DNA of 64,000 bases from Eledone cirrhosa (Eukaryota). Below the pieces are notes generated by a model. That model was not told the origin of the DNA and did no database searches. It saw only the letters and a program-made list of their open reading frames with translations. The DNA lies in NCBI GenBank assembly GCA_964016885.1, contig OZ024740.1:300266001-300330000 (forward strand), given 5' to 3'. Below are positions 1 through 14,060 of this stretch, piece by piece (within the stretch, counting starts at the first letter, position 1; each line of letters begins with the position of its first letter). A program made the position numbers and the translations under genes.

Positions 1-1290
1 TGGCTTTTACGTCTATCTCCCTTATTCTGAAATTGTCGCATTACTGCACAAGTTCCGGCAATTCTTGCACTTTATTTAATTTACTGACTTCCATCACTCG
101 TGAACACGGACCCAAGATAATTGAACTTCTCTCCCTGCTTCAGTAGAAATCCATTTACATGCAGAGTGCACTGCGCAGGATTCCTTGAAAGAAAAAAGTG
201 TCTCAGTTTCCGCAGCATTGATTTTTATTCAAGTCATGCAGCACTCGGTATCAAACCCATCGAGTACAAGAACACCTACTTTCGAATTAAATAGAATCAA
301 CTCCTACCCCCACACACATTACTCATGATACCACTTCCAATCCGGCTGCGCATATCGATTCTGTTATATAATAAATGACCAGGAGAGGTGATAGTACGCA
401 CTTTTGCTGAAGACAGACTCCCACATTGAATGGTTTCGATTTAACACCAATTATCCAAACAAAAATACTCGGGCATTCGTATAGAGATATCACGACAGCA
501 AGAAGTTGACCACCGATACCATACTCCTGCAGAACGTTCCACAACGTTCTCGCGAGAGAAGCGGCCTTGTCGCTTTTCAAGGTCGGCAAAAGAAGAATAC
601 ACCTCTTGGCAATAATCCCATGATTTGCCGAATACCTGCTGCAATATGAATATTTGGTCGGCTGTGATGCATCCGTGGCGAAAACCGCACTGTTCATCAG
701 CTAGCTTGGACTCGACAATGTGCCTGTATCCCTTTCATAGACACTTAACATAGACTTTAACAGGAAGGCGGAAGATAGAAACCCTCTATAATTGGAACAA
801 TCTCTCTTCTCTCCTTTTCGAAAATTGGGATTATTACTTCCAATTGCCATTGCTTCAGTGCCTTTCCAGAGAGACAAGCCACCCAGTACACATGATTCAA
901 CCCAAGAACAGCTTATCTTTTGCAGCTTTTAACATATGGGGCCGGATTGCTTCGTCCCCAGCGGCCTTTCAACATTTGAACACTTTCACATCTCCTGTGA
1001 CCTCAGCCTCTGAGAGATTAGTCACCGCTCCCATATGCACATTGTGTACATCGGAAGGTGATCTTGTTATCGTGTTTAGGGGATCAGCAAAGCATACTCT
1101 CCACCTCGAGAGGCTGCACCGCAGACGCGGTCTTGATAGCAGGTGTGGATTAGGGCTTCTTATTAGAAATCGGTGGATGATCTGCCAGAACACTTGATTT
1201 GTTCATGTGAAGTCGGATACCAGCTTAACCCCAAACTCGTCTTGTCTAACTTTCGACGTGTTTTCTGTATCTGTTGCAATTATTCGTGCC
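1..1290 (-). mobile_element. Decayed RTE-clade LINE, reverse transcriptase region
   Basis: Frameshifted RT motifs on the minus strand: DQIFILQQVFGKSWDY..VYSSFADLEK, FNVGVCLQQKCVLSPLL, LKQGEKFNYLGSVFTSDG. Runs off the window start. Confidence 0.8.
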
Positions 1291-2869
1291 TAATTGTACC
1301 GCAAGTGGAACAAGGATGACTTGCTTTCTATTTTTATGTCTACATGACGCTAAATCATGTTTGGAGAGCTTATATTTACAGCAAAGGAATTGGCACACTT
1401 ATTGGCACACGTATTTACACCCGTATCTTTGATGAGGTCAAATTTATATTAAGCACCAGCCTGTATTTTCCGAACTGTTTCCCATTTTTATCACAATAAT
1501 GAACGTAATGATACATTTTGATTAATGTATGTCACGTATTTTACAATGAAATGCTAATTTTTGGACCTATGCAATATTTAAATTTACATGACTAGTCTAT
1601 ATTTTGTGGGAGACCCGTTCGTTTCCTATTATGTTGGCGAAGCAAGTTTTCATGTAGCAATCATCTTAATATTTTTGATGGGTATTTTTATTATTCTAAT
1701 ACAACATAACGGAATGCATGTTGTTGTTTTCTCCAGCAAGTCTTGCCTTATTTTGTTTATAATCCAAGTGACATTGAACTGCCCTTCTCTCATTTAGCTT
1801 CTGTTATATCCTTTGCCTTGATATCTGTTCATTCCTCTTCAGTACTTGTTTCCGTTTTTTAAAAATATTTTTATTTCATGTGTTCCATAGTGTTTTTTCC
1901 ACTTACTAACATCCCTCTCAAATCTTTGTAGTTCTGTTTCTTGAAATTAATATATTTAAATTTTTTTTTTTCTTTTTAAGTTCCTTAATTATTTTGATTA
2001 TCTTCTCGGAACATTTATTTGCTTCAAATGTTTGATTCTTATCGTCAAAAATATAACTTTCGCCCTCTGAATTGTTATTCCATTAGTTCCTTTGAGTTCT
2101 TGCGCATCCTTCATATGAGTTTTTCTTAGAACATTACATTTCCTTGGGTAATATATTTGATTTTGATTTGTTTTTCACATATTGCTAAAATATCTTCTTT
2201 AGATTAATTTCCCACAGAATGTTTTAGTTTCAAGTTGTTTCGGTTATGTTTTCTTGTTTTGTTTTTCTATAGATATAACACTAAGTTGTGGAACAAATTA
2301 GATGTTTTATACCCGTTGTATGTTTCTTAATAATTCTCGGTTGTGCCACTTAGAAGAGGTGGTTAATATGTCTGATAAGGGTTACGTTTGATATTATATG
2401 ATATCGTGTGAAAAGGTCGTTTTTGATTTACTATGAATTGCGTCTCTTCAACCATTTATCTAACTTCCTAGATTGCGTATCCTAGTTGACAGCATTCATA
2501 TGGAACAATACATTTCTCTATTATTTCGAAAAAGAGTAAAACTTCCGATTGCTTTTTTTATCGTTTATTATTACTGGAGTTATGCTCGCATATAGCGTAA
2601 AGAGTCTTCGGTATTTGCAAATATGTTTTTGTGGGGCGTATAAATTATATTCTGTTCAAATTGACAAGTGATAAACAACTTATCTGCCGTTATATTCCGG
2701 ACTGTTTATCATTTCTAGAATCATACCGCATATATTGCCTCTCAATGTTTTCTTATGTGTTGTTTAATAACTTTTCGACTTCCCTACTAAACATCTTTGA
2801 TCGGAAGATAATCTTTTCTTTTCATTAATATAAAGACCTGTGTGAGTATGTGTGCGTATATATATTATA

Positions 2870-3719
<850 letters not shown>

Positions 3720-4249
3720 CACAATAAGAATATGTATGTGTGTATGTATGCTCGCATAAATCAGACCCATTTTACTTCCCGTTGCCGATACTATGTATCA
3801 AATTCATATTACTTTTCGAAATTTGGGGTTTTAGTGTTTCTATTGCGTGGAATATTTGAAATAAAATGGTGAGGCCTAAAGCATCAATTCTGCTATTTTT
3901 GAAGGAAGGACAATTTATCATATTTGAATTTTGTGTACACGGCTATATCAAATTTAAATGGTAAAAAACTGGCCTTCGCATGAATTGGAGTTTGTGTTAT
4001 ATAGACATAGTCGGAATTGCGAATGATTGCACTCCCCTAGCAGACGCCAACCTCTTTATTTGCATATTAGTTCACAACTTAATCTTAGTTTGCAGGAGGG
4101 CTATGGGCTGGGAATTATCTGGAACTACCCCTGCCATTTTCTCGTATTTTCTTATCATCCCTACTATGACCTGGATTACATAATTGGGAATTCTCCCATT
4201 ATACTTCTAGTAGACAGTTTCGAGGACATAAGAGAATACGTTTGACATA

Positions 4250-4865
4250 GCTACGTGAATTCCGTAAGGTAGATCATCACAACAGGGCCTTTTGCGCCAC
4301 GTACAGCCGCTAAGGACCTTTCAGGTTCCGGCATTTTTATCACCTTTTCGCAACACAGAGTTTCTTCCGTCAGATGCCGCAGCAGGCCATCGTGGTAGGA
4401 ACCATAGTCCGCTACTTGCCAGAAAATCTGTGCAAAAACCGCTGGAAAACCGCATACATCTGCTTGGAATCGAGAAACATACATTTATCCTGGGATATAA
4501 AATACTAAGGGGTAGTTTTATTGCCACACGATGCGTCTGCCACTCCGCTACATGAAACAATTTCCGATATCTCGTGGCTTAGAGCACGTGCTTTAGCTCT
4601 GGTTTTGCAACCTTTGTTTTTCACATCAAAGAAATGGTCTACTTCTATTCTTGCAGCAACCACGTTGGCTGCAATGGAACTCCTAATCACCTCTTCTAGT
4701 TTCAACACTATGCCACATTGTGCTCTCTTTATTTCTATTGATACTTCTGTACTAAACTTTATTGATTCGATTTTAATCGCTCGCTTTATAGCGCACCACC
4801 AATTGTTGTTGATGATTTCTCCTGTCACTTATCTCTTAAGTAATGGACTAATGCGCATAATTGAA
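4250..4865 (-). mobile_element. Tx1/L1-clade ORF2 fragment (EN-RT linker)
   Basis: NNNWWCAIKRAIKIESIKFS...KARAL matches NNRWWFALKRAIKVESIRFS in the copy at 18823-19407. Confidence 0.8.
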
Positions 4866-5481
4866 AATGAGAAAGAAGCTTGTCAACCAAAAACCCTGTT
4901 AAGCAATGTGCCTTTCAGCAAACCAACCAGCCAGTCAGGCAATGAACGATACGGATTCAAGGAAAATGAAGCCGTTGCCAGCGACGTGAAAAGAACACGC
5001 CCACCCAGTCAGTCATTTTACTGGCTCGTGGTCGAAAATGTAGAATTAATTATTAAACTGGAAGAAGTAACAGAACAAAAAAGAATCGAAGAGGAACCCA
5101 AGGTGAGCGTTAAACTACCATTCAACGCGATGAAAAACAGGATTCGTTGTATGACGGTTTGGTATACTATCCAATTGGAGATTAAATGAGCCCGTGGAGT
5201 GGTCCACTCAGGCCCGAATCCAAAAGGCCTTGACGAAACACACATCACTAATGGTAAATCATCTACCGTGGTCAGAGTTTGATGAATTTGAGGATGATGC
5301 AAGTACCGCCCGAAATATCATTCGAAATAACAATTTCTTGGCTAATCGCTTTGCAGTTCATCCCTATGTGGTCGATAAAATAAAGTACCAATAAGATACT
5401 GGGATCGATGTAATATAACCGTGTTTCTGCCCCCACCAAAGTGTTGGCTTTGTGCCTAAATCAGAAACGATTAATATTATT

Positions 5482-5890
5482 CGTTTTTGAATTTGTTTTG
5501 CGAGATTTCTTATCTGAAAACGTGTTGTTGATACAAATATTGTTATACTTTGGGAGGGTCATGCTGCCACTAAAAACACATGCACCTGATGGTTTCACTT
5601 CAATTTATTATAAATTTTCGGTTGGTTGGTTGGTTGGATAACCAGAGGGTTGTTTATATATCGTCAAAGCTCTTTTGTCACACATTCTGTGACCTCCTCA
5701 GTGATTAGGTTTTTATTTTGCGTGTCTCTCCTTAGTTGTGTCCTACACCATCTTGTTTTTGTATGTTTTGTGTTGCGTGATTAGTTTGCGCGTGCGTTAA
5801 ATCCGGGTGTATGTGTGTTTTTTTAATTAATTTATTTATGTGTTTATTTATTTGTCACTAGTTAGTTGTTTGTTCTATCTGTGTGTGTCT
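5482..5890 (-). mobile_element. Second copy of the family A unit; its HHR (5663-5705) has GAAA mutated to AAAA
   Basis: Similar to 3047-3648. The reverse complement reads tca-CTGAGGA-ggtcacagaatgtgtgac-AAAAgagctt-tgac. Confidence 0.65.
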
Positions 5891-7454
5891 TATTTATCTA
5901 TGAGCTTCATCGACGTGGCTAGATTACTTCCATGACTGCTCGTGATTGTCTCCGTTAAAGACGAGGAAACACTGAATCATTTCGGATTCTTTCACATATG
6001 TACATTCGGAAGTCAAATGTGCGTCTGGAACTTTGAACACAATTAGATGTTTGTAATTCTTTAAACAATTCCGTTTATGTCTCAAACTACATACATTTAA
6101 TTTCGGTTATGGTGTTACATATATATCCTAACCTGATATAATAGTTTAGATGAAAAAATAACAAAGCCTGAACTGAAAAGAACAAAAATATAAAACATTA
6201 AAAATACTATGGAATGCTTTGACTTTCCACCTACCGAAAAGGAAATAAATATTGTGACCTTTTCCAAAACAAAATAACATCATCGATAATAGTTTTCAAT
6301 ACAAAATTGACATTCACTGTTACAAAGTTATTTATGCAAACACAACTGCTTCAAAGCCAAACCAGGCATGGTCGCATGCAATCAAAATCGTCCTATACAT
6401 GAATTAACTTGCCAAAAGTGCTAAGCAAGCCATAATTATCTTCATAAGACTGGCATCATTCTGCCTGATTTTATTGCCAGGCAAGAAGGAAAAGGAACAT
6501 ATTATAATTGCCTCACATAACAAAACGGGAACGTTCCTTAGTCCATACAAGAAAGAGTTTGAGCCGGCCCCCATAGACACATGAAATATCGATTATTGTA
6601 TAGAATATTGAATGATTTGAAACACCTTCGCCATTTAGGACGCAGTGAAAGATCAAACCCAGATAGTACGGAAGACAATTATCCCCCACGATATTTGAGA
6701 CGGAAAAACACAAGGTTTAGCAGCAATGTTACTGGTGTGGAAGTCACCGTTAGTTAGTTGTCAGATTCCTGGTTCAATTAGGTGATTTGTATTAGCCGAC
6801 CATTCGATATGATATTGTGTGAGCTCAATATATTAATTATTCACGACCACTAAATGATTCCATAGTTATACTCTGTACTTGCCGAGATAAATAACTTCAG
6901 ACAGACCTTGGCTGAGAAATCAGATGGTACATATAATGCAATAAAAAAGTTTATACGCTTTCTACCAAGGGATGACTGGCAAATCAATATAAAACACAGA
7001 CACAAAATATGCTCTTAAGGTGGCACCAGGCACCACTCTGGAGATGCAGAAGAGAACTGTTCCATCCTAATCACAAGGATGTATGAAGAAAGCTGAAAAT
7101 TCTCCTCACCCGGCGACTCCTCATGACAAGGAGGAATGTATTGAATGAAAGACTACACCACAATAACAACAGCAGTTGTAATCGAGCGGCTCTGATGCCT
7201 ACCTTACAAATGTATAGCCCCATTGATTCTAAGAACTGACACAAAACAGCGGCGATATAGATCGATCATGCCAAGCAAAACATTCTATTCAAAATCCTAT
7301 TTGAAAATGCAAGAGCAGATCCATCTTTCATGAATAAGGTGCTTTCACTGCTAAGGAGGAATCCATATTGTGTAAAGAAGGCACACAAATCAGCACTTTG
7401 GTTTCATTTGGAACATTCAGCCTTTGGTTAAGGCAAAAAAGGACTGAAAAATAA

Positions 7455-7652
7455 TTGTTTCTACTTTTGGCACAAAGCCAGCAAATACCCAGTACATTAC
7501 GGGTACTTTATTTTATCGATTTCGTAAGGATGAAAGGCAAAGTTAATCTCGGCAGGATTTGAACTCAAACCATAAAGAGCCGTAACTCTTTGCTGCGTAA
7601 CTCAAAGCATGGCGTCCAACTCTCTACCGATACTGACAATACACCTCCCTTA
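7455..7652 (-). mobile_element. tRNA-derived SINE (dominant family in the window)
   Basis: B-box-like gagttcaaatcc, central gcctttcatccttacg..tcgataaaataaagtacc, 3' end tgtgccaaaagtagaaacaatt. Imperfect TSD aggactgaaa(g)ataat. Confidence 0.85.
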
Positions 7653-9449
7653 GGACTGAAAGATAATGCATAATGAAATGTGTCAAAACTGTCCAAAAGA
7701 GATATAGGCAAAGAAATAGAAGGGATCGAACTAGAGGCATTCAAAATATATTGATAAGTTATAAAATGCCTATGAAATTTTACATGTCAATAAATCACGT
7801 ATCATGGACCTCTAATAGACCACATGTACCCAATGATTTCTTGTGGAAGATTCTGGACTAAATATTTTCCAAATCTACATGGAAGAATTCAAATGATTAA
7901 TCTCATACGCTGCATGTCTCATCTTCTTTACCCACCTTTTTCCTTAGAGGTCCAGGGCTCAGAGTCCTCAATCACTTCTTCTAGTGGGTCCTATCAGAAG
8001 TAAACATCTCCAGTTTTTCCGGCTGGATACTCAAGTAAAACCACTCGAGCTCATGGATGTTATCCAACCATCTTGTGCCTCTGGCGTGTACCACTGGGTC
8101 TCCAGTGATGTACTATGTTTTCTCTATAATTTGTTTTTCTACTTCTCCACAATAGTGTATAGTGTTTTTCACGCCCCATTAGATTTATGACTTGTATGCT
8201 TGACGCCAGGCGTTCTCTATCATTACTTTCTAACATTTTATTATTAAGATTGTCTGTAATTAATTTCTGTGTCTACATATAAGAAATTCATATAATTACA
8301 TGTTTGTTTCCTTGACAAGAAGTTTGTTTGCGAGCTTCGATGACTTGGAGTGTTACTACATTCTCACTGAATAAGTTTTGTTTTCTTCAAGAATAACTCC
8401 ACATGGGATTCGTATTTATAAATGTCAAAATTCCTTTTGGTGTAATGCTTTAAGTTTCGATCTGCATGAATACTTTTTTTCATACAAATAACGTTGCAAA
8501 ATAGCATTAATGACATTATACGTGAAAATACTAAAAGAGAATATAATTTAAACACGTAGCCTAGAAAGTTAACAGTACTGAATGTATAGACGCGTACAGC
8601 AACATCATCATTATCCTTTGAATATTAAGAGTACTGAAACATGGATGATATTGCTAGGGGTAATAAAAACAATAACAAAATTCGTACACACACGCGTTAA
8701 AAATATTAGAAATATTTCTGAGAATGTGAATTTCTCTGTGAATCAAATCTAACGAAATGTATGGAGGTGATCCAACTTACGCAAAAGCAGGCGGCCTGGC
8801 GAAATTATTTCAGGACTGATAGGTCTTCGTTGGCATGAAGTTTATACGCAAGTATTCGTAAGGGATAAGTGATAAGTTTCTGCATTCTCAAAACCTGAGC
8901 TACTAAAGATATTGATTTTTTTCGGATGCCATCAAAACAACAACTTCACGGGGATTTACCGGGTATCGTAAACAGAGATGGTTACCACTGAAGAAAATCT
9001 GCTACACAGAACTCTCTTCCTAACACTTACAAATAAGGACAAATCGGAGATAAAATAAGATATTTATGCAACACCACCACGAGAAAAGCCCTATCGGCCA
9101 TGAAGATGAAGCTTGGATTTGCTTTCATTTTCGTACCGCAGTACGATGAGAAATACGTGCACAAGTGTGTCAGCATAGACCTACAAATCATAATAAGCCG
9201 CGAAAACCATCGGGTCACACCTAAAAAAAACCTAGAAAATATATACAGGCACGTATACCACTAGAGTAAGTGTTCGTCCCGGTTGTGCTCTAATCTACGA
9301 TCGTATATCTGTGAAGGCCCATTGACTACGACTATGTTTACCACTCCCATCTACAATGGTGAATGTTGAAGAATTTAACGAGCGTTTGGTCGAAAATTAA
9401 AATGACTCTCTAAATTGCTTCCACCGACGCTCACCATACAACACATTTC

Positions 9450-10450
9450 CCCCAAGGTCACCACAATGATGAAAGCTGTTTGCTCTTCATAGGATAAATA
9501 ATGTAATGAAGCGATCTTCAGGATGGACACCGCTTTTTTCTCGATTTGTTCTAGATATGACAGCAGCTGTTCGGCATAAACCGACAAGTGAGCGATGCTA
9601 GGATTCTGGACGAAATCATGCAATACGCCTTGGTCACCATGTAACCATCTGGTGACAGTATTTCCGATCCTGCATAATTAATATCGAACTAGTAATGCAC
9701 GTCTGCAGCCCCGCCAAGCAAGGACTTGCTTGAAATTATTCAGACATCCTGGTCTAAACCTCGTCTTGAAAGAGGTGTCTATTTGTCGTCATTCTATCCA
9801 CATATTAACTACGATAGAAGCCTGATGTGGAATTTACAACGACCGTACTGCTTGACTGGCAGGAATTTATGAAGAGTGGAAGACATTCGAGCTGCCAGGC
9901 CGTCACTCTTAATCATCGCTTCGCGCATGACAGGAGCTGCGTTTAGCTGACGAGCTAGGAAAACACGCACCTAGCAGAGAGCGCCCAAAGCTCTTTCTGA
10001 AAAATAAAAGTCGGATATGTTGTATCCTTGGTTCGTGTTTGCTCATCCTCGATGGAAACAGGCACAGTCATCCCCATAGTGGATCTGGATAGCAATTAGC
10101 CCGATTGACCAGCAGAAGGCGACATTCCAGAGAAATTGAAATGCACCCAGACATGGAACAGGTCAAGGCATCGCGCTCAGATAGTAGCTGATGACGGATG
10201 CGATGTACGCGTTCACCACCTTTGCCCAAATTGTTATTGTTTTTGTCTGCTACATCGATAGATGAGATTATCGACTCTGCTCATCATCTCCCTGTATTTT
10301 TCAATTTGTATATCTGGATTAAAAAACGACCAGGATTAATTGAACATGTTCGTTTATCCATCTCCTGATGACAATGTGGACGATCATGGACGATCCCCTC
10401 TCGCCAGGTGTCAACGCTCATGCTTAATCCGGACCAATTTTGCTACCTCA
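9450..10450 (-). mobile_element. Highly decayed Tx1-like ORF2 3' remnant
   Basis: gcgatgtacgcgttcaccacc at ~10200 matches the VANAYIASV-coding segment of the younger copies. Boundaries are rough. Confidence 0.45.
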
Positions 10451-11424
10451 TCATATATATTTTAAGATAGTGCTTTGAATCAAGATGTTGATGTTTCCAG
10501 CCCCTGTTATCCAAGAAAATGTTAAGCCATACATCAAATTTGTCAGCCTGATATTAGCTAACGTTGTGTCACATTTCAAATGAACGGAGATCTGTCCAGC
10601 GTGGTAGACATTTAGACACTTCCAGGGTGGCAAACCTCACTATTTCAAATTCGAAACCTTTACTTAAGGCAATGTTCAATGTGCGCACCCACAAACACAC
10701 AATAGCCTTTGGAATATTTGGATCGGTTCGAATTTCATAACTTTGTACTTTCGTGAGTTCGTCATTTCATGACGTCTCACCCATTATTCAATAAATAAGT
10801 GTGCGTCGACGTGTCTCCTCCATGCGTTTGATAGAATTTGAAGGTCAACTTTGTGACCTTGCACTCTTACGTTAGACCTGGCTTCTTTTATCAAGTCTTT
10901 GTAGTGGAATACTCTCTCTAGGTTTTTGGTGGCACATGCGATAGATTTGCTGAGTGGCTGGCTAGTTTATTTGCTGGTTGGCTGGATTACAGGCGGATGG
11001 GGTGGAACACAGCCTGGTCGGCTGATTAGCTAACAATCCGGTTGGCTTGCTGGTTGGTTGGCTGGCTGGCTAGCTGCTATTGCATATAACAGGAAAATCG
11101 ATTTCTATATTTGTGACATTACGGTTGTTGTTGTTGTCATTGTTTTCTGTACAGCTATGTTGCTGTACTACTTGACTAGTACTAATATTGTTGGCAGTGC
11201 TGCTAGTGGTGATGGCATTAGGGTCACAGAGAGGCGAATACATATGAAGATTCAAAAGTGGGCGGAAATAATTTTCGATTTTTCTCTAGCTAAATATAGA
11301 AATCAATTAGGCTGGCCTAGCCCGTGAATATGGAAGTGAGTATCAATCACAAGAATTACACTAGGGTGTTTTCAGAACCGAGAGCAGAGGCTGGTTAACT
11401 AATCGATAATTACGACACCACCAT

Positions 11425-11427
11425 CAA

Positions 11428-11498
<71 letters not shown>

Positions 11499-11513
11499 AT
11501 GCTGCTGCTCCTG

Positions 11514-11553
<40 letters not shown>
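11425..11553. repeat. (TAC)n microsatellite
   Basis: Seen directly. Confidence 0.97.
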
Positions 11554-11619
11554 AGACAGGTATGTCGCCCATCCCACTGAATACAAAAACAAAACACAAA
11601 AGTTACCATCACAACCTTT

Positions 11620-12577
11620 TGTGATATTAGCAATACCATCTCAAAATGACATCACAGCCACCGCCGCCGCCACCACCACCGCCAACACAACAACAACTCA
11701 GAACAACAACGACCATAACAACGACAGCCTCAATGTAAACATTGTAAACAATGTAAACACTGATGGCGGCGGCAACGGAAACAGCAACAAACAAAGCAAC
11801 AACAACACCAACAACAAAAACAAGAACGAATAACACCAACAACAAGAGCAATGGAGGCGCCACCTATGTAGGGGCAGCAGCGAAAACAAAGCGCTTTTTC
11901 AATGAAGATATTAGCGATAAGGAAAAACAGTTGGCCCAGGCGTGTAGGTTAATTAAACGAGAGAAGTCCTAGGCAAACCTGACTATCCCGGACGGAGAAG
12001 TACCGGCCATGCAAAGGAGGACGCTGTACATTCGATGCATTTCCGTGCAGACATGCATAGTAGAACTTGCCAGCCAAGCAGAGGTCGACGCTGCTTTGAG
12101 GTGTATCAGAAGTGACTCGAGTACAAAGCAAGGGCCAAGCAGTTCGGTACCATCTCCGTATTGTCCAAAACCGAGGCCCTTACTATCAAGTACTCGGCGA
12201 GACCCCGCAGAACGGAACGCATTATCATGCACTCGTCCCACATGGACAAAAGGACATTAAAGGTCCGCATTCCCTGGATCCCACGAGGAATGAACATATG
12301 GTGGCTCCTGGGATGCTTAATCGAGGAGGGGACAGACATTACCCTCCTAGATATCAAAAGGACAGAGAGAGAAGACTGGTCCGGAATGGATTTGGAGATT
12401 CTTCTACAAATGAAACCAGAGGACGTCAACAACATCCCGGATTTTGCCCGCCTGCAGGACCGGACAAAAATCCAATTAATCACTGAAGGAGGAAGGCCGC
12501 ACTGCTTCATCTGCGGGGAAGCAACGCATCTGCAAGCATTCTGCACAAAACGCGAAAGAGCAAACACTTCAGCGTAG
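11620..12577 (+). mobile_element. Tx1-like ORF1 (Asn/Thr-rich N-terminus, CCHC zinc knuckle), frameshifted
   Basis: EGGRPHCFICGEATHLQAFC, DWSGMDLEILLQ and KVRIPWIP are homologous to ORF1 at 26313-26965. Confidence 0.8.
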
Positions 12578-13503
12578 TCAAGCGAAGCTTAGGATAAGGC
12601 ACGACGGTCAGGTGGCAGTATATGACGAACGCGATATACGCATTAGCCACCTCCGCTCGACCATTCAGGGATAGCTACCTCTCTGCCCATTTTTGGGTAA
12701 GAGAAGCCATGCTGCTCGTCACCTCGTCCCAGTTTTTGTCCGTCTGGAGGTCGAACCGAACCAGACCCCTAGCAATTTAACCGGTCCGTCCGTCCAGCGC
12801 CCCACGACGCTGTTGGACGGAATGGACCTGTCTCTCCAGGTGCCGGGCTGCAGGCCCACCGACTTTTCCTTGTTGATAATTGTTCCTGTCACCGCTTCGT
12901 ATTCTCTTAGTGTAGTGCCGATTGCTCGATGTGTTTGGTGTTCGACACCACTACGATGACATTGTCCTCATATGCTGACAGGGATCTTCCGCATCCTAGT
13001 TCACGCGGGACCCCCCTCAACATCCCCAGTTGTTGCAGTAATGGCTCAAGGACCCACCAGTGCCAGGTTCCCTAGCTACCCTCTCCACGATGTATCGCAT
13101 GATTTGGAGGTTGTTGTGAATGGATCTGTCGGGAATGGCGCATGTCTGCGCCTCTCGCACCAGACCACCCACGCCAAGCGCCAACCTCTTTGCTAGCACC
13201 TTTGCCAAAATCTTGAAGTTTGTGTTTAGCAGAGTTATGGGCCTGAAATTATCTTTGTTATCCCCCTTGTTCGGATCCTTTCTCAGCAGCGCCACCGCTC
13301 CTCGGCTCACACAGCTGGGAAGTCTCTCATTCTGTTACCAGTTGCAGTAGACGTCCGCCAAGAGGCCTCCGAACAAATCTGGCATCTGTACGTAAAGTTC
13401 ATGTGGCAGACCATCCAAACCAGATGATTTACCCCTTGTGCAGCTAGCCATTTCCTCCCGTACTTCAGCGGCTGTTATCGGCTATTCGCAACACCCCACC
13501 TGA
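12578..13503 (-). mobile_element. Tx1-like ORF2 RT fragment, inverted relative to the adjacent ORF1 and internally deleted
   Basis: KDNFRPITLLNTNFKILAKVLAKRL..EAQTCAIPDRSIHNNL. Confidence 0.85.
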
Positions 13504-13988
13504 GTCGGTGATAGAAAACGATCAGATAGAAAACGATCAGATGAAGGTGTTATGGGATTTTAGGATACAGACGGACAAGAAATTAGAACACAATAGGCCT
13601 GACCTGGTGGTTTTGGACAAGGGAAAAAGATCATGCCTGATTGAAGATGTAGCCTGCCCATTTGACACGAGAGTGCAAGAAAAGGAGAAGGATAAAATTA
13701 ACTGATACCAGGACTTAAAGTGGGAGGTAAAAAGGATTTGGAACTGCTATGAAGTCAAGAGTGGTGCCGATTGTCATAGGCGCACTAGGTACTATCTCAA
13801 AGAGTTTCCAAGGATGGTTAAAGAAAATTAGTCTAGCCCCGCTTTTTGGAACACTTCAAAAGGCATGCTTGCTGGGAACGGCAAGAACCCTCCGATACGT
13901 CCTGAATATCTGAGGCTGCAGGTAGCGGCTTGATATTCATTTCAACAAACTTTCCGGTTAAATAACATCAATGAATGAGACTCAAATA

Positions 13989-14032
<44 letters not shown>

Positions 14033-14060
14033 TGATAATAACAACAATAATAATAATAAT
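13504..14060 (+). mobile_element. 3' end of an R4/Dong-like RLE LINE with (AAT)n tail
   Basis: VLWDFRIQTDKKLEHNRPDLVV..LIEDVACPFD..EKEKDK is a PD-(D/E)xK endonuclease motif. 3' hairpin tgaatatc..gatattca at ~13903-13939, then (AAT)n. Confidence 0.85.

Noticed and set aside
1900-2830. Possible decayed PLE coding sequence on the minus strand
   Set aside because: Only vague similarity; no diagnostic motif could be read.
6150-7400. Possible ancient LINE remnant
   Set aside because: Too decayed to support a call.
9031-9220. Minus-strand exon-like segment with AG/GTAAGT boundaries
   Set aside because: The peptide is unrecognisable and it lies next to a decayed Tx1 3' region, so it is probably TE-derived.
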